Source: an uncultured virus (IMG/VR IMGVR_UViG_3300033388_001820)
Taxonomy: Duplodnaviria; Heunggongvirae; Uroviricota; Caudoviricetes
Strand: one strand, 5' to 3'
Length of the DNA stretch: 64,000 bases
IMG/VR virus record: IMGVR_UViG_3300033388_001820
Part shown: piece by piece, positions 62,244 to 64,000 of the stretch
Position numbering within the stretch: position 1 is the stretch's first letter
Layout: each line of letters begins with the position of its first letter
Notes under the pieces: generated by a model
Seen by the model: only the letters and a program-made list of their open reading frames with translations
What the model was told of the DNA's origin: nothing
Database searches by the model: none
Program-made: the position numbers and the translations under genes

Positions 62244-62789
62244 TTACTCCCCAGAAACTGGGGCGGATAAGTATGAACCCCCCGCATCCCTCAGCTTGTA
62301 TCTGTTGCTCCAAGGCAATGGAAGGCTGCTGCTGACGCCGAGAAAGCTCAACAAGGGATCAGGGTCCTCTACTAAATCCTCAAGATAGAACTGAGCGACG
62401 GCTATCTCAGATACCAAGTCGTTCCAAGCATCCCACCAGTATTCGGCGCGTCTGCGTGGGTCGATGACTCGGCTCAAGCCTGGAAGGATACGTTCAGCGT
62501 AACGGGAGCTAGTCTCGATTACTCCGTTGATCAGTAGACTAGCGATGCAAGCCTGTCTGTTTCTCAGAAGTTGTATGACTATCAGTTCAGAGACAGGGAA
62601 GAGGGGAGCCATCCAAGAACTATCTCCAGCATATTCACCCCAGTCAACGTCGCCGTACAAAGACATGCCGTTGAAAACTCTTTCATGTCCAGTGAGTCGA
62701 CCTGCGTCAGTTATCAGTTCTGAAACAGACCGGGTACCGGAACGAGGCATCCCGGTGATTACAAACTTAGAACTGTCCTTGACCGGCAC
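62244..62789 (-). CDS. Sulfotransferase-like / P-loop protein
   Basis: FVITGMPRSGT, GHERVF, LLRN...IASL; start codon uncertain. Confidence 0.65.
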   Translation of the reverse strand: MPVKDSSKFVITGMPRSGTRSVSELITDAGRLTGHERVFNGMSLYGDVDWGEYAGDSSWMAPLFPVSELIVIQLLRNRQACIASLLINGVIETSSRYAERILPGLSRVIDPRRRAEYWWDAWNDLVSEIAVAQFYLEDLVEDPDPLLSFLGVSSSLPLPWSNRYKLRDAGGSYLSAPVSGE

Positions 62790-63522
62790 GATACAATGCT
62801 GCCATTTCCGCAGCCGACAGAAGTTTCCCATGAAAGAACACGAGGTCAGAGATCCAGCCATCAAATTCTGTCCAGAAGCTGGAAGGCTGCCCACCAATAT
62901 GCAGTTGTCCACTATTTTCCAGGGCAGCACCGATTGCGTTCGTTGATAATTCTTCACTCCCGTCTTGCGCAACGATAGGAGCGTCGAGACCAGCAGCTTT
63001 AGAAGCTCCGACCATAGTCGAAGTGTTGACAACGAGGTTTTTACCGTTTGGATCATCAAAAACGATCAGGTTTTCTTGATCAGGTTCCGGCGCGCCGCTA
63101 TTAACGAGAGTAAGAGCATGTACTCCTGCCGATGAGTCGGCGGTGAAATGAAAGATCGATTGATTCGCATAAGTAGCTCCGCTGTGAGGATATCCCCAAA
63201 CAGTTGCTCGTTCAACCAACGTCTTAGGACGGAACCAGTAAATCACAGAGAAATCAGAAGGTATATGATGCGTTTGATCGTCGCGGCCAGTAAATCTCAG
63301 CCAACCGCCAGTAGTGTACATGCTCTTACCCAAACCTGGAGCAATAGGCGGTTGCGAAAAGGTTTGAGTGCCTGACTGGCTATCTACAGTACCAGTCTTG
63401 TGCGGTCCAATGTCGTAGTTGCGACTGTCCTCAAGAATATACCATGTGGCACCCATTGATAGAGCCAAATCTCTGAACGGACGAGGGCCGGTCTTTGTTG
63501 TTCTCCTGGTCATGCGTGCCAT
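62767..63522 (-). CDS. LamG/concanavalin-like domain protein, possibly virion-associated
   Basis: FSVIYWFRP, LHIGG, FDGWISDLVFF..LSAAEMAALY. Confidence 0.7.
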   Translation of the reverse strand: MARMTRRTTKTGPRPFRDLALSMGATWYILEDSRNYDIGPHKTGTVDSQSGTQTFSQPPIAPGLGKSMYTTGGWLRFTGRDDQTHHIPSDFSVIYWFRPKTLVERATVWGYPHSGATYANQSIFHFTADSSAGVHALTLVNSGAPEPDQENLIVFDDPNGKNLVVNTSTMVGASKAAGLDAPIVAQDGSEELSTNAIGAALENSGQLHIGGQPSSFWTEFDGWISDLVFFHGKLLSAAEMAALYRAGQGQF

Positions 63523-63528
63523 GACGAA

Positions 63529-64000
63529 TTAGTCCTGTTCGATTTGAAGAGTCAAAACTAGATCACCGACAGCACCAAAGAAAGTATGATCAGACCTAGT
63601 GACCATGTGGGCAAACAGACTTGTTGCTGCACACGAAAACGGGACCGGCACGTTCGAGGCCATCACGATACGGTTCAATGCAGAGTTGAACGATCCCGAC
63701 AAGGATAGAACCCCAACACATTTTGCCATGTCGGTGTCCGAGAACGAGTTAGCGGCGTTGTCCGAAGCAGGTGTCACAGTAGCGTTGAACAAAAAAACGT
63801 CGATACCTGCCACAATATTGGCTTTGTCCAGAAGAACGGCACTGGTGATAATTCCAGTGCCACCAGTAGCTCTCACAGCAGAAGCGAACTCCAACTCCGT
63901 ACCCAACTGGTCACTAAGGACGTAAGCGGTTGTGGCCGTTGTCAAACCAGCGCTTGTATCGGATAGAGTCACAACCAAAGGTCGAGGATCTACGTGTAGA
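63529..64000 (-). CDS. Hypothetical, probably structural protein (5' end may lie beyond the window)
   Basis: Ala/Thr/Gly-rich ORF co-directional with the LamG gene. Confidence 0.55.
   Translation of the reverse strand, partial: LHVDPRPLVVTLSDTSAGLTTATTAYVLSDQLGTELEFASAVRATGGTGIITSAVLLDKANIVAGIDVFLFNATVTPASDNAANSFSDTDMAKCVGVLSLSGSFNSALNRIVMASNVPVPFSCAATSLFAHMVTRSDHTFFGAVGDLVLTLQIEQD

Noticed and set aside
1606..62270. Genome-wide amber recoding (genetic code 15-like) suggested by the CUA tRNAs
   Set aside because: Long genes are intact under the standard code and many genes end normally in TAG (e.g. 4414, 5678, 7770, 38350). Only pth shows an internal TAG.

Overview
This looks like the left 64 kb of a large lytic-type dsDNA phage of an actinobacterium. 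An Acidimicrobiia-like host is inferred from the Rpf domain, Thr-rich secreted proteins ending in PTFTG, DUF3039 and Gram-positive SOS boxes. Almost everything is on the + strand. (1) 1-1600 is non-coding, hairpin-rich and CTAG-rich, and carries ten CGAAC-N4-GTTC(G) LexA-type boxes. (2) ~1.6-13 kb is a dense run of small unknown early-type ORFs. (3) 13.3-26.3 kb encodes a truncated pyruvate-phosphate-dikinase-like protein (no PEP/pyruvate barrel), two Cys-based phosphatases and three paralogs of an unnamed 'GG.AW...L[QE]HN' domain. (4) 27-40 kb holds RuvB-like, Ku, ATP-dependent ligase, MoxR/vWA, HNH, Rpf and a methyltransferase. (5) 40-62 kb is a cluster of about 42 tRNA genes covering all 20 amino acids plus two CUA tRNAs. 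It is interleaved with RmlC, an amber-interrupted Pth2, RtcB, a sigma factor, RecA, a metallophosphoesterase, HNH and about 20 mini-ORFs sharing a C-terminal (LP)xNWE motif. Many mini-ORFs start exactly at tRNA position 76. (6) Minus-strand genes enter from the right. The top candidates for new biology are the split dikinase/phosphatase module, the amber-gated Pth with adjacent suppressor tRNAs, the tRNA-punctuated NWE mini-protein family, and the terminal SOS-box array. All assignments come from motif reading by eye; no database searches were run.
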